NCBI GenBank assembly: GCA_002269645.1
Contig: NIVC01000807.1
Coordinates: forward strand, 186,001 to 250,000
Source of the DNA: Macrostomum lignano
Lineage: Eukaryota
DNA length: 64,000 nt
Reading direction: 5' to 3'
Of the stretch, positions 39,073 to 49,854 are shown piece by piece. The stretch's first letter is position 1. Every line of letters begins with the position of its first letter. The translations under genes were made by a program, and so were the position numbers. The notes under the pieces are model-generated. The model saw nothing but the letters and a program-made list of their open reading frames with translations. It did not search any database and was not told the origin of the DNA.

Positions 39073-41938
39073 TTCAAGTCAGCTGTGCGCGCGAATTTGA
39101 ATTACAAGCTCTGCTGGATCCGAATTCTGTTGCTATAGTCTATAATTCATATCGACGGCAGCTTTAACAATTAAAAAATACGGAATTAGTCTGTGCGAGA
39201 TTCTGACTTATTTGGATCCTTGTCAAAGCTCCGTATTATAACAATTTTTTTAATGTACGAGTTGAATGAATCAGTGCGTACATTACCTTTTCAAAAATTC
39301 CAAACAAGGCACGATACACACGCAGCTCGTACTTGAAGCACATTGAAGCGCATTTATTGTAAACTGGAAGATGCTCAGTGTGAGTGTGACTGCTCATATT
39401 CATAGAGTTGCCCGTCCATCTCGTCTCTTCAATGTGGAACTCTCTATTCTCTCTTTTATTTTTTTCTCCTTTCACAGCTTTTTTAGCCATAAGTGAGGCA
39501 TGAGAAATTAAAATGAGAAAATAAATTTTGTATGTCTACAGTTGCGAATAATAGCTATTGCAAAGTATTACGCATTATTGTGCAATCCACTTATTTTTTA
39601 GTCTATAAGTCATTCAACTATACCTTTGTTAATTTTTCATCTGTAACAGCTTAATGCCACATGAATTTATACATGTACTCTCGTAAACTTCGAGTGTACT
39701 TTTGAGAAAGTCACGGCCACTAGCTGGGCTATCGTTGTAAACTAAATTCAATTAAAAAGTGCCATCGTTTAAAACAGTTGCAGCAGTAAAATCAAATCAC
39801 ATTGTAACCTTATGCTATAGTGTAGAACCGTGTCTTTGTAATAATGAATCCAATAGTTGAACGGCTGCAAAACCGATCCATCACATAAATAAAACAGAAG
39901 GACTGCGTGCATGTGTACATATTAACATGTACATGTAAACGTGAATTCGCCCACTGGAAAAGCCGTGCATGTATAGTTGCTTGGGTCCTTTCATGTTGCA
40001 TGGTATTACAATGGTATTAATGGGTTTTATAAATATGTACGAACTCGACTGAAAAAAAGTTGGTATAGACAAAGCACTGCAATTTTCCAATGAGTTTTTT
40101 GGAAGACACGACAAAAAAACGTAGGCAAAAGGCTTCGAACTTAAAAGTCAGAACCGAATTCCAAAATGTTTCAGAACGGGCCATTATTTTGCGAAACACT
40201 GAAGGTTAAAAGCACTGAAAAGCCTTTCGGTCTGTTATTCTATTTAAGGCATTTCTGATGATTGGCAAAGTGGATTGGCTTGCTGCGAATAATCGCAGGT
40301 ACAAAAATTATAGGGGACGACTTCGAACGGTAATTTCCATTTTTGCAATATTTTTAAGCAATAAAACAAATTTGCGAATCTTAATTTTAATTCCGACAGC
40401 AAATCATAAAACTCGGCAGTGATTATTAATGTTTTGATAACAAAAAATTAGTTTGTTTTGAAAAAAGTTCTTAAAATTTACGGCGTTGTCACTCTTTGCA
40501 ATAATTTACTTTCTGAATAATGTAACGATTTTTACAAGCTAAGTTCATTAATCATTAATAATGTTATCTATCTCTCTTTATTAAACTGTCTATGAAAATC
40601 GATGACAAAGAAAATTGATTGTTAATCAAGTTGTCTCAAAAGGTGTCAAAACTCTGAAAGCCATTAGCTATTTGTACAATGACTTACATACTTTTTGAAC
40701 GTTTCTCTATAATCTTGAAGACACCGAGAATCGTTTTATTTTATTAAAAAAGTTTATAATATAATATAGTCAACAATTAAAGACTAAATCGCACTAATTG
40801 ACTGATATGTTTTCCGTGAATTTTGTGTCATACCTGTTCCAATTAGAAAAGGTAGGCATAGGCCTAAATAAAAATGCAACCAAGTCTTCATTTCTTTTTC
40901 ATGCAAACAATGTATTATTGAAATATTGATTTTCAACAGGGTACTGTATCAATTTAAATCAAAATGTAATTACGGGTGCCCCTCACATTTATTAATATTT
41001 AAGGTAATAAGAAATATATATAGATACAAAGCATCAAAGATCAAACCATTGTATCCATATGTATATCTAGGGTTTATATTTTATGGTAATTTGTATGAGC
41101 TAGCAGCATTATACTAAGTCAAAAATAATATAAATTTACTTAGTCACTTTTCTACTATTACTGTAGTGTATTATATTGTGTAGAGTCTATAAAAATTTAA
41201 GATTTATTGAAAATTATACAATTATATAAGCATAATTTTAACAAGCTAATATTAAAGTGGTCCAAAGTTTTATACAAATATATTTTATTATATATTTCAT
41301 ATGGTGTTATTTATTGGTTTTATTTAAAGTTTAAATTTCAAAATTGCTTATATACTTTTCTAAATACTGTTTATAAACAGACTTTTAGCTTAATAATATT
41401 ATATTATAAAGTCAAAAACATATTATTTTATATAAAAGCACAAATTGTCCTTAATAGAATATTTCAGAGATTTTTTAGACAGACATCTAGAAAAAGTCAG
41501 AGCACCTCTAGTGGTAAAATAGTTGTTGATAAAACATCCAGTTATTGTCTACCTAGTCATCTGCTTTATCTGGGAGCCTAATGTCTAAGATAAAGTGAAG
41601 GCCAATTAATAAAATATATATATTCTTTTTTCTTAACTTTTCTACTAGTAATGATTATCAATGAGTAATACAATTTTGAGCATTTGACATCCAAAATGTA
41701 GGTCAGAACTCCCTCATGGCCATTCTAAGAATTAACAATTTTGAGGCAAGTTTCAGAGTTCATTCAAGCATTTTGAATAACTTATTGTAGGTAAAATCTA
41801 AATTCTTAAGCTATTGTAAATAATTATTTTAAAGCACTTTTTGTTTTGCCATGGAGCCATAAAAGCAGATTTCTCTGTAATGTTTCCCCACAGTAAGGAA
41901 GCAGGACTCCCTGAGTCAAATCAGCAGCAGCAGCAGCC

Positions 41939-42516
41939 ATGGTTATCACTGGCTCTGAGATCAAGGCTGGCAGCCTCACATTTCTGTCCAACTTCGACTC
42001 TGGCAATCTCGCCCGGGTGGCCAAGCTCTCCTCCAGAGACGACTCAGATGAGCAGCAGGGCAGTTCGGCCTCATCTGCAGCTGCGCCGCCCCCGCCGCCG
42101 GCGCCAACCTCCCAAGCCGAGGCCAACCGGCCTGACTACGAGTACCAGGTGTGGACTCGCAAAGACGCCGAGGGCTCCCAGTTTGAGAACGAGAATCGCA
42201 CCTGGTTTCACTTCGGCGTGCGCGGCTACCAGCCAAACAAGCTCATCAAGCTCACCGTGATGAACCTTAACCGGCAGCAGCGTCTCTTCCAGCAGGGCCA
42301 CCAGCCGGTGTTTCGTGTCGGCTTCCCTGACGGCAGCTTCGCCAAGTGGCAGCGTGTCCGCGACCGCTGCTCCTGCGAGACAGTCGACGGCCAGTTCTAC
42401 CTGACCTTCACGCACCGGTTCGGCGCCAACGCCAAGGGCTGCACAACTTACTTCGCGTTCTGCTATCCCTGGTCCTACACAGAGTCGCAGGAGCAGCTGT
42501 CCGCACTGGACTATCG
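41939..42516 (+). CDS. AGBL5: AGBL5 coding exon 1
   Basis: ATG at 41939; donor CG|gttggt, phase 2. Confidence 0.92.
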
Positions 42517-45500
42517 GTTGGTTTAGCAATGATTGCCGCCTTCCAAAGTGGGCTTTCCTTGGGCTACCCTGAGGGGGGGCCGTAGTCCAGTGGTCTAGCG
42601 CAGCTCAATTCCGAGTGCAGGCACAGTAATTTGAGGCTAAATTGGAATCTCGGCTTGGCTCTGCTCGTGCAATTAACGCCATTGAGGGCCAACCCCCAAG
42701 GCACAGTGAAGTGTACATGCCTAATGATAAATAAAGTTAGGGCCACTGTACACTCCTGTGTGAGTGTGTGCCTGCGCGTATGACTGCGTACGTATCCGCG
42801 CGCTTGTGTGCCTGCTCAGGGGAGTCGGCGGAATGGGGGCAGTAATGCCTCTCACCGGTTGTGCGACAATGTCGCTTAAAGTGCGCCAGGGTACCTCTAA
42901 TAAAAGAATGAGCTACTCTAGTAGCAAAATTATTGAATTTTTAGCCGATGGCCCAATTTCGAAGACCCCTGGGTTCGATTCCGTGAGTGCGGCCGTATTA
43001 ATTTGGGGATGGTGTACGAAAACTTAACACCATAAAAAGCAGCCACGAGGGCCAACCCCAAAGGCACAGAGAGTGTACATGCCTGACGATTAGTATTGGC
43101 GCCTTTAAATAAGAATGTCGTCATGTTGACTATTTCCGAATTAATTTTTTTAGCCTTAATAAGTTCACGCTTGAAAACGTTTAATCTTACAAAAGTGCAT
43201 CGAATACATCGCACATATCTTGCTCCCGCTAACTCGCTAACTTATCTCTTTCTCAGCTTCCGCCACTGCGCCGCGATGAGGCCGGGCAAGGCTGGACCAG
43301 ACGAGATCTATTACCATAGGGAGCTGCTGTGCCACAGTCTGGACAGGCAGAGGGTGGACCTGCTCACCATCACCGACTGCCACGGCATGACTGACCAGGT
43401 CTGGCTTGCCTGTCTGGCAACTGCTTTTTGATCTCTGCATCTATTAACCATCTCTGCCTGCAGTCCCGATCCTGCAGTCCCTATCCTTTAGTCTCGATCC
43501 TCCAGTCCCGATCCTCAGTCCCGATCCTTCCAGTCCCGATCCTTCAGTCCCGATCCTTCAGTCCCGATTCTTCAATCCAGATTCTGACGTCCCGATCCTG
43601 CAGTCCCGATCCTGCAGTCCCGATCCTGCAGTCCCAATCCTGCAGTCCCGATCCTGCAGTCCCAATCCTGCAGTCCCGATCCTGCAGTCCCGATCCTGCA
43701 GTCCCGATCCTTCAGTCCCGATTCTTCAATCCAGATTCTGACGTCCCGATCCTGCAGTCCCGATCCTGCAGTCCCGATCCTGCAGTCCCGATCCTGCAGT
43801 CCCGATCCTGCAGTCCCAATCCTGCAGTCCCGATCCTGCAGTCCCGATCCTGCAGTCCCGATCCTGCAGTCCCGATTCTTCAGTCCCGATCCTTCAGTCC
43901 CGATTCTTCAGTCCCGATCCTGCGGTCCCGATCCTGCAGTCCCGATCATTCAGTCCCGATCCTTCAGTCCCGATTCTTCAGTCCCGATCCTGCGGTCCCG
44001 ATTCTTCAGTCCCGATCCTGCAGTCCCGATTCTTCAATCCAGATTCTGACGTCCCGATCCTGCAGTCCCGATCCTGCAGTCCCGATCCTGCAGTCCCGAT
44101 CCTGCAGTCCCAATCCTGCAGTCCCGATCCTGCAGTCCCGATCCTGCAGTCCCGATCCTGCAGTCCCAATCCTGCAGTCCCGATCCTTCAGTCCCGATCC
44201 TTCAGTCCCGATTCTTCAGTCCCGATCCTGCGGTCCCGATCCTGCAGTCCCGATCATTCAGTCCCGATCCTTCAGTCCCGATTCTTCAGTCCCGATCCTG
44301 CGGTCCCGATTCTTCAGTCCCGATCCTGCAGTCCCGATCCTTCAGTCCCGATCCTTCAGTCCCGATTCTTCAGTCCCGATCCTGCGGTCCCGATCCTGCA
44401 GTCCCGATCCTTCAGTCCCGATCATTCAGTCCCGATCCTTCAGTCCCGATCCTGCAGTCCCGATCCTGCAGTCCCGATCCTTCAGTCCCGATCCTCCAGT
44501 CCCGATCCTTCAGTCCCAATCCTTCAGTCCCAATCCTTCAGTCCCGATCCTGCAGTCCCGATTCTTTTCTGATCCCAACGCCGCCTCTGACCGTTCGCAA
44601 TCCACTCCGTTACCGCCTTCGCCGCAGGAGGAGGACCGCTTCGACGAACGCCTCTTTCTGGAGCGCAGCAACCCGCGGCCGCGCGCCTTCCCCGGCAAGC
44701 GAGTCTTCCTAGTCAGCAGCCGGGTGCACCCCGGCGAGACTCCGGCCAGCTTCGTGTTCAACGGTTTCCTAGAATTCATCCTTCGCGAAGCCGACGCCCG
44801 AGCCCGCCAGCTGCGCCGCCTGTTCGTGTTCAAGCTCATCCCCATGCTCAACCCGGACGGGGTCACCCGGGGTCACTATCGCACCGACAGCCGTGGTGTC
44901 AATCTGAACAGATTCTACCTGGACCCCGACCCGCAGCTCTACCCCACAATCTACGCTGTCAAGAGCGTGCTGGTTTATCACCATCGGGCCAATCGGAAAC
45001 AGGCTGCGCCTGCTAGGACCTCGGCCGCCTCCGCAGCCTCCGTACCCGTCCCGGACAGAACGGCGGCCGAGAATTCCTGTGCAAAATCGGCATCGGCCGA
45101 GTCGGCGCCAGAATTAGTTTCCGGCGACCCGGAGGACGCTGAGAGAAACATTCGAGTGAGTTCACTTGGTTGGGATTAGTCTGATGTACTTTTACTGTAT
45201 ACGGGTTGGCATTTCAAAGGCGCGGAGATAAATAATCGTGCGCTTACTGAATAGGCCGCGCTAATTAAGCGCCCACCGAACAACCGTTTACTGGCTAATA
45301 GAGCTCGGAATGAAGTCGCTCATATGTACGGCATGCCTAAACCACATCATACCTGCATGCATTTGAGCACATCTAATTTTTTGCCTCTCGCAACAACAAA
45401 AAATAAACCAAGGATCCAACTGAAATCCCACAGTCTCGCAATCGAGTCATGTCCCTAGTATTCGACGAGACCAAAGGCGAGAACGTCCTGCTACGCGAGG

Positions 45501-47179
45501 GCTCGCCTCAGATGGCCGCTGCCGATTCACCGATACGCAAGTCGCCGCTTCCCATAAAAAAACAGTCTGATTTCCGGCCGGGAAACGAGGGTTCCGATTC
45601 CGATGGAGATGACCCAGTGAGTGTTCGAGAATCCGTTTTATGAGTATAGGGTAAGAGACAATGAAGTGATAGGCTATAGACAATGGGTTGGTGACAGACA
45701 ATAGGTAATGTGGTGGTGACAGACCATAGACAATGGAGTGGCAGGGCATAGAAAATGTGTTGGGGACAGGCCATAGACAATCGGGTGGGGACAGGCCATA
45801 GACAATCGGGTGAGGACAGGCCATAGACAATCGGGTGGGGACAGGCCATAGACAATCGGGTGGGGACAGACCATAGACAATCGGGTGGGGACAGGCCATA
45901 GACAATCGGGTGGGGACAGGCCATAGACAATCGGGTGGGGACAGGTCATAGACAATCGGGTGGGGACAGGCCATAGAAAATGTGGTGGTGACAGGCCATA
46001 GACAATGGGATGGGGACAGGCCATAGACAGTGGTGCGATAGGCAATGGACACTAGGGGTGGTGACAGGCAATGGACACTAGGGGTGGTGACAGGCAATGG
46101 ACACTAGGGGTGGTGACAGGCAATGGACACTAGGGGTGGTGACAGGCAATGGACACTAGGGGTGGTGACAGGCAATGGACACTAGGGGTGGTGACAGGCA
46201 ATGGACACTAGGGGTGGTGACAGTCAATGGACACTAGGGGTGGTGACAGTCAATGGACACTAGGGGTGGTGACAGTCAATGGACACTAGGGGTGGTGACA
46301 GGCAATGGACACTATGGGTGGTGACAGGCAATGGACACTAGGGGTGGTGACAGGCTATAGACAATGGGGTCGCAGGCCATAGACAATGGGGTGGTAACAG
46401 ACGATAGACAATTTAGGGATGACAGGTCATAGACAATGAAGTTATAGACTATGTTTAATATGGTCTGAAGCCATAGGCTAAACAAACCACTGTGGCAGCA
46501 GCCCTAGCTCAGCTCCGTGCGTGCATCCTTCTCAGGTTCCCGGCGGTCCGGGCTCCTTTGACCCCGGCAACCCGACCTGTCCGCACCTGTGCGATCCGCG
46601 CCTGCTCGAGGTTCCTCCATCGGACAGCGGCATCGCCTACTATATTGACCTGCACGGCCACTGCTCAAAGCGCGGCTGCTTTGTCTATGGCAACAACGTC
46701 GAGCCGGACTCAGCAATGATGGAGAACTTGTTATACCCGCGCCTCATCGCTGCCAATTCTGCCCATTTCGATTATTCAGCCTGCAACTTCACCGTGCGCA
46801 ACATGTACCTGCGGGACAAGCGGGACGGACTGTCCAAAGCTGGCGCTGGCCGGGTGGCCATTTGGAAGCACCTGGGCCTGGTGCACAGCTACACGCTGGA
46901 GTGCAACTACAATAGCGGCAGATGCGTCAATCACCTGCCTATGCATCAGGTGAGGCATTGCGATTTCCCCCTGATTCCTGCTCTCTGCTTATTTGTTAGT
47001 GGGTTCGCAGGGGGCTGTGGGCACTGTTGCAAATAAAGACAACGATTGACCCACAGCCATTGAAGAGGCAAGCAGTCATACAGAGTGCCCCATGCCCCTC
47101 TGCTTACTGAATCTGTATATATCAGGGTTCGGGAAACTCCGGCCCGCGAAGCCTCTTTATCGTCTCGCCTCTCTCTCCT

Positions 47180-47243
<64 letters not shown>

Positions 47244-48262
47244 CTTCTCTCCTCCCTCTCTCTCCTCTCTCCCCCTCTCTCTCCTCTCTCCCCCTCTCTC
47301 TCCTCTCTCCCCCTCTCTCTCCTCTCTCCCCTCTCTCTCCTCTCCCTTCTCTCATCTCTCCTTTCTCTCCTTTCCTCCCTCTCCTCTCTCTCCTTTCCTC
47401 CCTCTCTCTCCTCTCTCCTCTCCTCTCCTCTCTCTCCGTTCCTCCCTCTCTCTCCTCTCTCGATTCTCTCTCTCTCTCATCTCTCTCCCTTCTTTCCTCT
47501 CTTGTCTCTCTCCTCTCTATCCTGTCTCTTCCGTCTCTCCATTCTCTCCTCTCTTTTCCCTCTCTCCTCTCTCCACTCTTTTCTCTCTCTTCTCTTTTCT
47601 CTTCTCTTTTCTCTACTCTCCCTTCTTTCTCATCTCTCTGTCCTCTCCCTTCTCTCCTTTCTCTCTTCTCTCTTCCCTGTCGCTTGTATCACCTCTCTCT
47701 TCTCCAATCTTCTCTCCCTTCTCTCTTCTCTCTTCCCTCCCCTCGCTTGTCTCTCCTCTCTCTTTTCCAATCTGCTCTCTCTTCTTTCTCCTCTCCTCTC
47801 TCCTCACTCATCTGGCCCGCAGCCCCACAAGCTGGATTCTTTATATGACTTTTGAGATAAGAAAGTTCGCGGACCTCAGGTACATATGAATCTGCCACCA
47901 GAGTGTACATATTCCCTTGACATGAATTGTGCATGCAGTTGATAAAACCGCAACAAATCGAATCTTTCCAGGATCCCCGACTGACGCCGCCGCCTCCGCC
48001 CGGCCCGCCGCCGAAGTACGCGCCGGCTCACTACCAGGAGGTCGGCCGGGCGATGGCGGTGGCCGCGCTGGACCACGTGCAGTCGAATCCTGTTAGCCGG
48101 CTCAGCAAATCCAGTTTAGCCGCCCTGCGCGACTGGACCCGGCGCTACCTGGCCTCGCTGCGCGGCGGGCCTCGCGCTGTGAAGACTTTTCTAGCCAGCT
48201 CGGCTGGCAGCAGCGGGCCCAGCCTCCGACAGCAGCAGCAGCAGCACTTTCGGAGCCGCTCT

Positions 48263-48296
<34 letters not shown>

Positions 48297-48916
48297 CGAC
48301 ACCTTCGACATCGTCGTCGGCAACGTCTTCTACAACTGCCGCTGGCGCGGTGCGTCGAGCTCCGCTGCGTCGTGCGGCGCCTCCACCGCCGACTAACCAG
48401 CAGCAGCGGCGCTCAACAACGAATAAAGCCACGGCGGCGGCCGCGGCAGCGGCGGCACCTCCCCCTCCCTCCCAGGCTGCTCAGCCGCAACAGCAGCCAA
48501 CTCCAGCTCAGACTCAGCAGCAGCAACAGCAGCCGGTACTGCCAGGCAGTCTGGAGCAGCAGCAGCAGCCATCGCTGTTCTCACCTCGCCAGCAGGCCCT
48601 GCTGTCCTCCGTGCCGCCATTGCGCAACCGGCCTTCAGTTGGAGTTGGCAGCTCGGCCAGTGTGCTGTTGGTCACGGCGGCGGATCTGGAGGAGTCCAAG
48701 GTTGCCCAGCTGAGGAGCTGCCTGCAGGCCGAGTCAGTGCCAGTCCGGCGCAGTGCCTCCATCGGCTGCCTGAAGCCCAACGGACGCGGCGGTGGCGGCG
48801 CTGCCGGTTCATCGTCGTCGACGTCTCTGTCGGGGCCGATCGCGGCAGTCAGCCGCTTCCAGCTAAGGCGGAAGGCCAGCGTGCCGCTGGCCAGGCCGCC
48901 AAACCGGCCGGACTGA
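41939..48916 (+). CDS. AGBL5: Cytosolic carboxypeptidase-like protein 5 (tubulin deglutamylase, M14D); join(41939-42516,43257-43398,44628-45155,45434-45616,46536-46949,47972-48916), about 929 aa
   Basis: N-terminal [41 protein letters not shown]. Zinc/catalytic motifs [58 protein letters not shown] match CCP5 as recalled. GT-AG introns have consistent phases; total 2790 nt. Confidence 0.95.
42575..42905 (+). mobile_element. SINE, subfamily B
   Basis: Head ggggggccgtagtccagtggtctag (A-box-like), shared central box, shared 3' body. Confidence 0.75.
42940..43102 (+). mobile_element. Internally deleted SINE family A copy
   Basis: B-box gggttcgattcc followed by gagggccaacccccaaaggcacagagagtgtacatgcctgacgattagta. 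Confidence 0.7.
43257..43398 (+). CDS. AGBL5: AGBL5 exon 2
   Basis: tttctcag|C...GACCAG|gtctgg; [12 protein letters not shown]. Confidence 0.92.
43455..44570. repeat. 14-bp minisatellite (cccgatcctgcagt)n filling AGBL5 intron 2
   Basis: About 78 units with recurring variant blocks. Confidence 0.97.
44628..45155 (+). CDS. AGBL5: AGBL5 exon 3 (HPGE, NPDG)
   Basis: ccgcag|GAGGAG...CGA|gtgagt. Confidence 0.94.
45434..45616 (+). CDS. AGBL5: AGBL5 exon 4 (variable insert)
   Basis: cccacag|TCT...CCA|gtgagt; 61 codons, phase 0/0; no recognisable motif. Confidence 0.7.
45670..46450. repeat. Fused 25-bp (gacaggccatagacaatcgggtggg)n and 26-bp (gacaggcaatggacactaggggtggt)n arrays, AGBL5 intron 4
   Basis: Directly visible. 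Confidence 0.93.
46536..46949 (+). CDS. AGBL5: AGBL5 exon 5 (DLHGH, TLE)
   Basis: ttctcag|GTT...CAG|gtgagg. Confidence 0.94.
47123..47879 (-). mobile_element. Second copy of the same hAT-type MITE, containing a CT-rich array (AGBL5 intron 5)
   Basis: cagggttcgggaaactccggcccgcgaagcc matches the reverse complement of 6001-6038. 8-bp TSD gtatatat / gtacatat. Confidence 0.75.
47972..48916 (+). CDS. AGBL5: AGBL5 exon 6 (end of catalytic domain + Q/P/A/S-rich tail)
   Basis: tttccag|GAT; [11 protein letters not shown]; TGA at 48914-48916. Confidence 0.88.
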
Positions 48917-49198
48917 CCGGTTGGGGAGGGGGGAGTTGCTGGGCCAGCAGCTGGCATTGTGGCCTGAAGAGAAGTGCATCGTCTGTTTATCAATAATTGT
49001 TTTTGCTGCGATCTGTGATCAGTATCTGTGCCGCTTCATTGCAGAGGAGTTACGCGTCATAATTTCGCATTCGAGTTTGCATTGCTGGTTGCAAGTGGCC
49101 TGTCTTCAGAGACTAGGAAATCATCGTTTATAAAGTCTTTTTTTTTATGTGTGATGAAGTTTTGTACAGCTTGCCGCTAGTTGGTTTGTCACTTTAGG

Positions 49199-49584
49199 CC
49201 ACAGATACTAGAATAACTAGATGAGCCACTATTCAGGCATAAATACTTAGTAAATCAGCTTTCTACTTTCAGTTCAGTAGCAAAGAAGAATACATAAGCT
49301 ATTTTATAAAAATAAAGCCAGCTGAAATGACTTTGATAAGTTTAGAAGCCCAAGCTTGCTAATTGGTTCAGCAATAATGTACATTGGCCAGTCCACTGAA
49401 ATGTACATGGCAGTTTTAGGGTGGGAAGGCGCGGTTGGAGGGCTTAAGCTGTGGGGTAAGAGCCAATAAATGAACCCTGCCTTTAAGAATGCATTAAAAT
49501 GCTTCTGTTTAACTTACTACTGAACTGAAAGTAGCTTGCACGCAAATGTGCTGAGTGGCCTATCTAGTTATTCTAGTATCTGTG
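49199..49584. mobile_element. Inverted-repeat (fold-back/MITE-like) element
   Basis: Arms cacagatactagaataactagat (49200-49222) / atctagttattctagtatctgtg (49562-49584), plus a perfect 18-bp inner pair 49263-49280 / 49517-49534. Confidence 0.6.
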
Positions 49585-49639
49585 CTTTAGGCTCAGAATT
49601 ATCATGATATTTGAATTATCAAGTGCACCGTCTCTGCTC

Positions 49640-49854
49640 AGATCTCAATTACAGATTTACCTGTAAACTGAAATCCGTCCATACCTAGCGCGTTTTCATT
49701 CCTGCAAACCTATTGATTTTCCTTTAACTCGCCTGCACTTGACTCTTGTTGCACATATCGTTTGGAATTTGGCAACTCACCCGTGAGCCTTCCACAAGAA
49801 CTTGACGCTCTTTTTTGATTTCTCTTTGCACTTTTTTGACACGGTTCGAACCAT
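49640..49854 (-). CDS. Candidate small spliced ORF of unknown function (MVRTVSKKCKEKSKKSVKFLWKAHG|NENALGMDGFQFTG...)
   Basis: aaaaccaacATGG start, donor GG|gtgagt at 49780, 79-nt intron, acceptor tttgcag at 49702 preserving frame; no homology recognised. Confidence 0.3.

Noticed and set aside
43428-44627. 583-aa ORF extending AGBL5 exon 3 upstream through the 14-mer array
   Set aside because: The exon 2 frame stops at 43429-43431 and the intron length (1229) is not a multiple of 3. The CCP5 alignment is continuous across the 43398/44628 junction.
18872-48993. Numerous GC-rich ORFs antisense or out-of-frame to real exons (e.g. 18872-19318, 36295-36651, 42071-42529, 48514-48993)
   Set aside because: Shadow ORFs expected from GC-rich codon usage.
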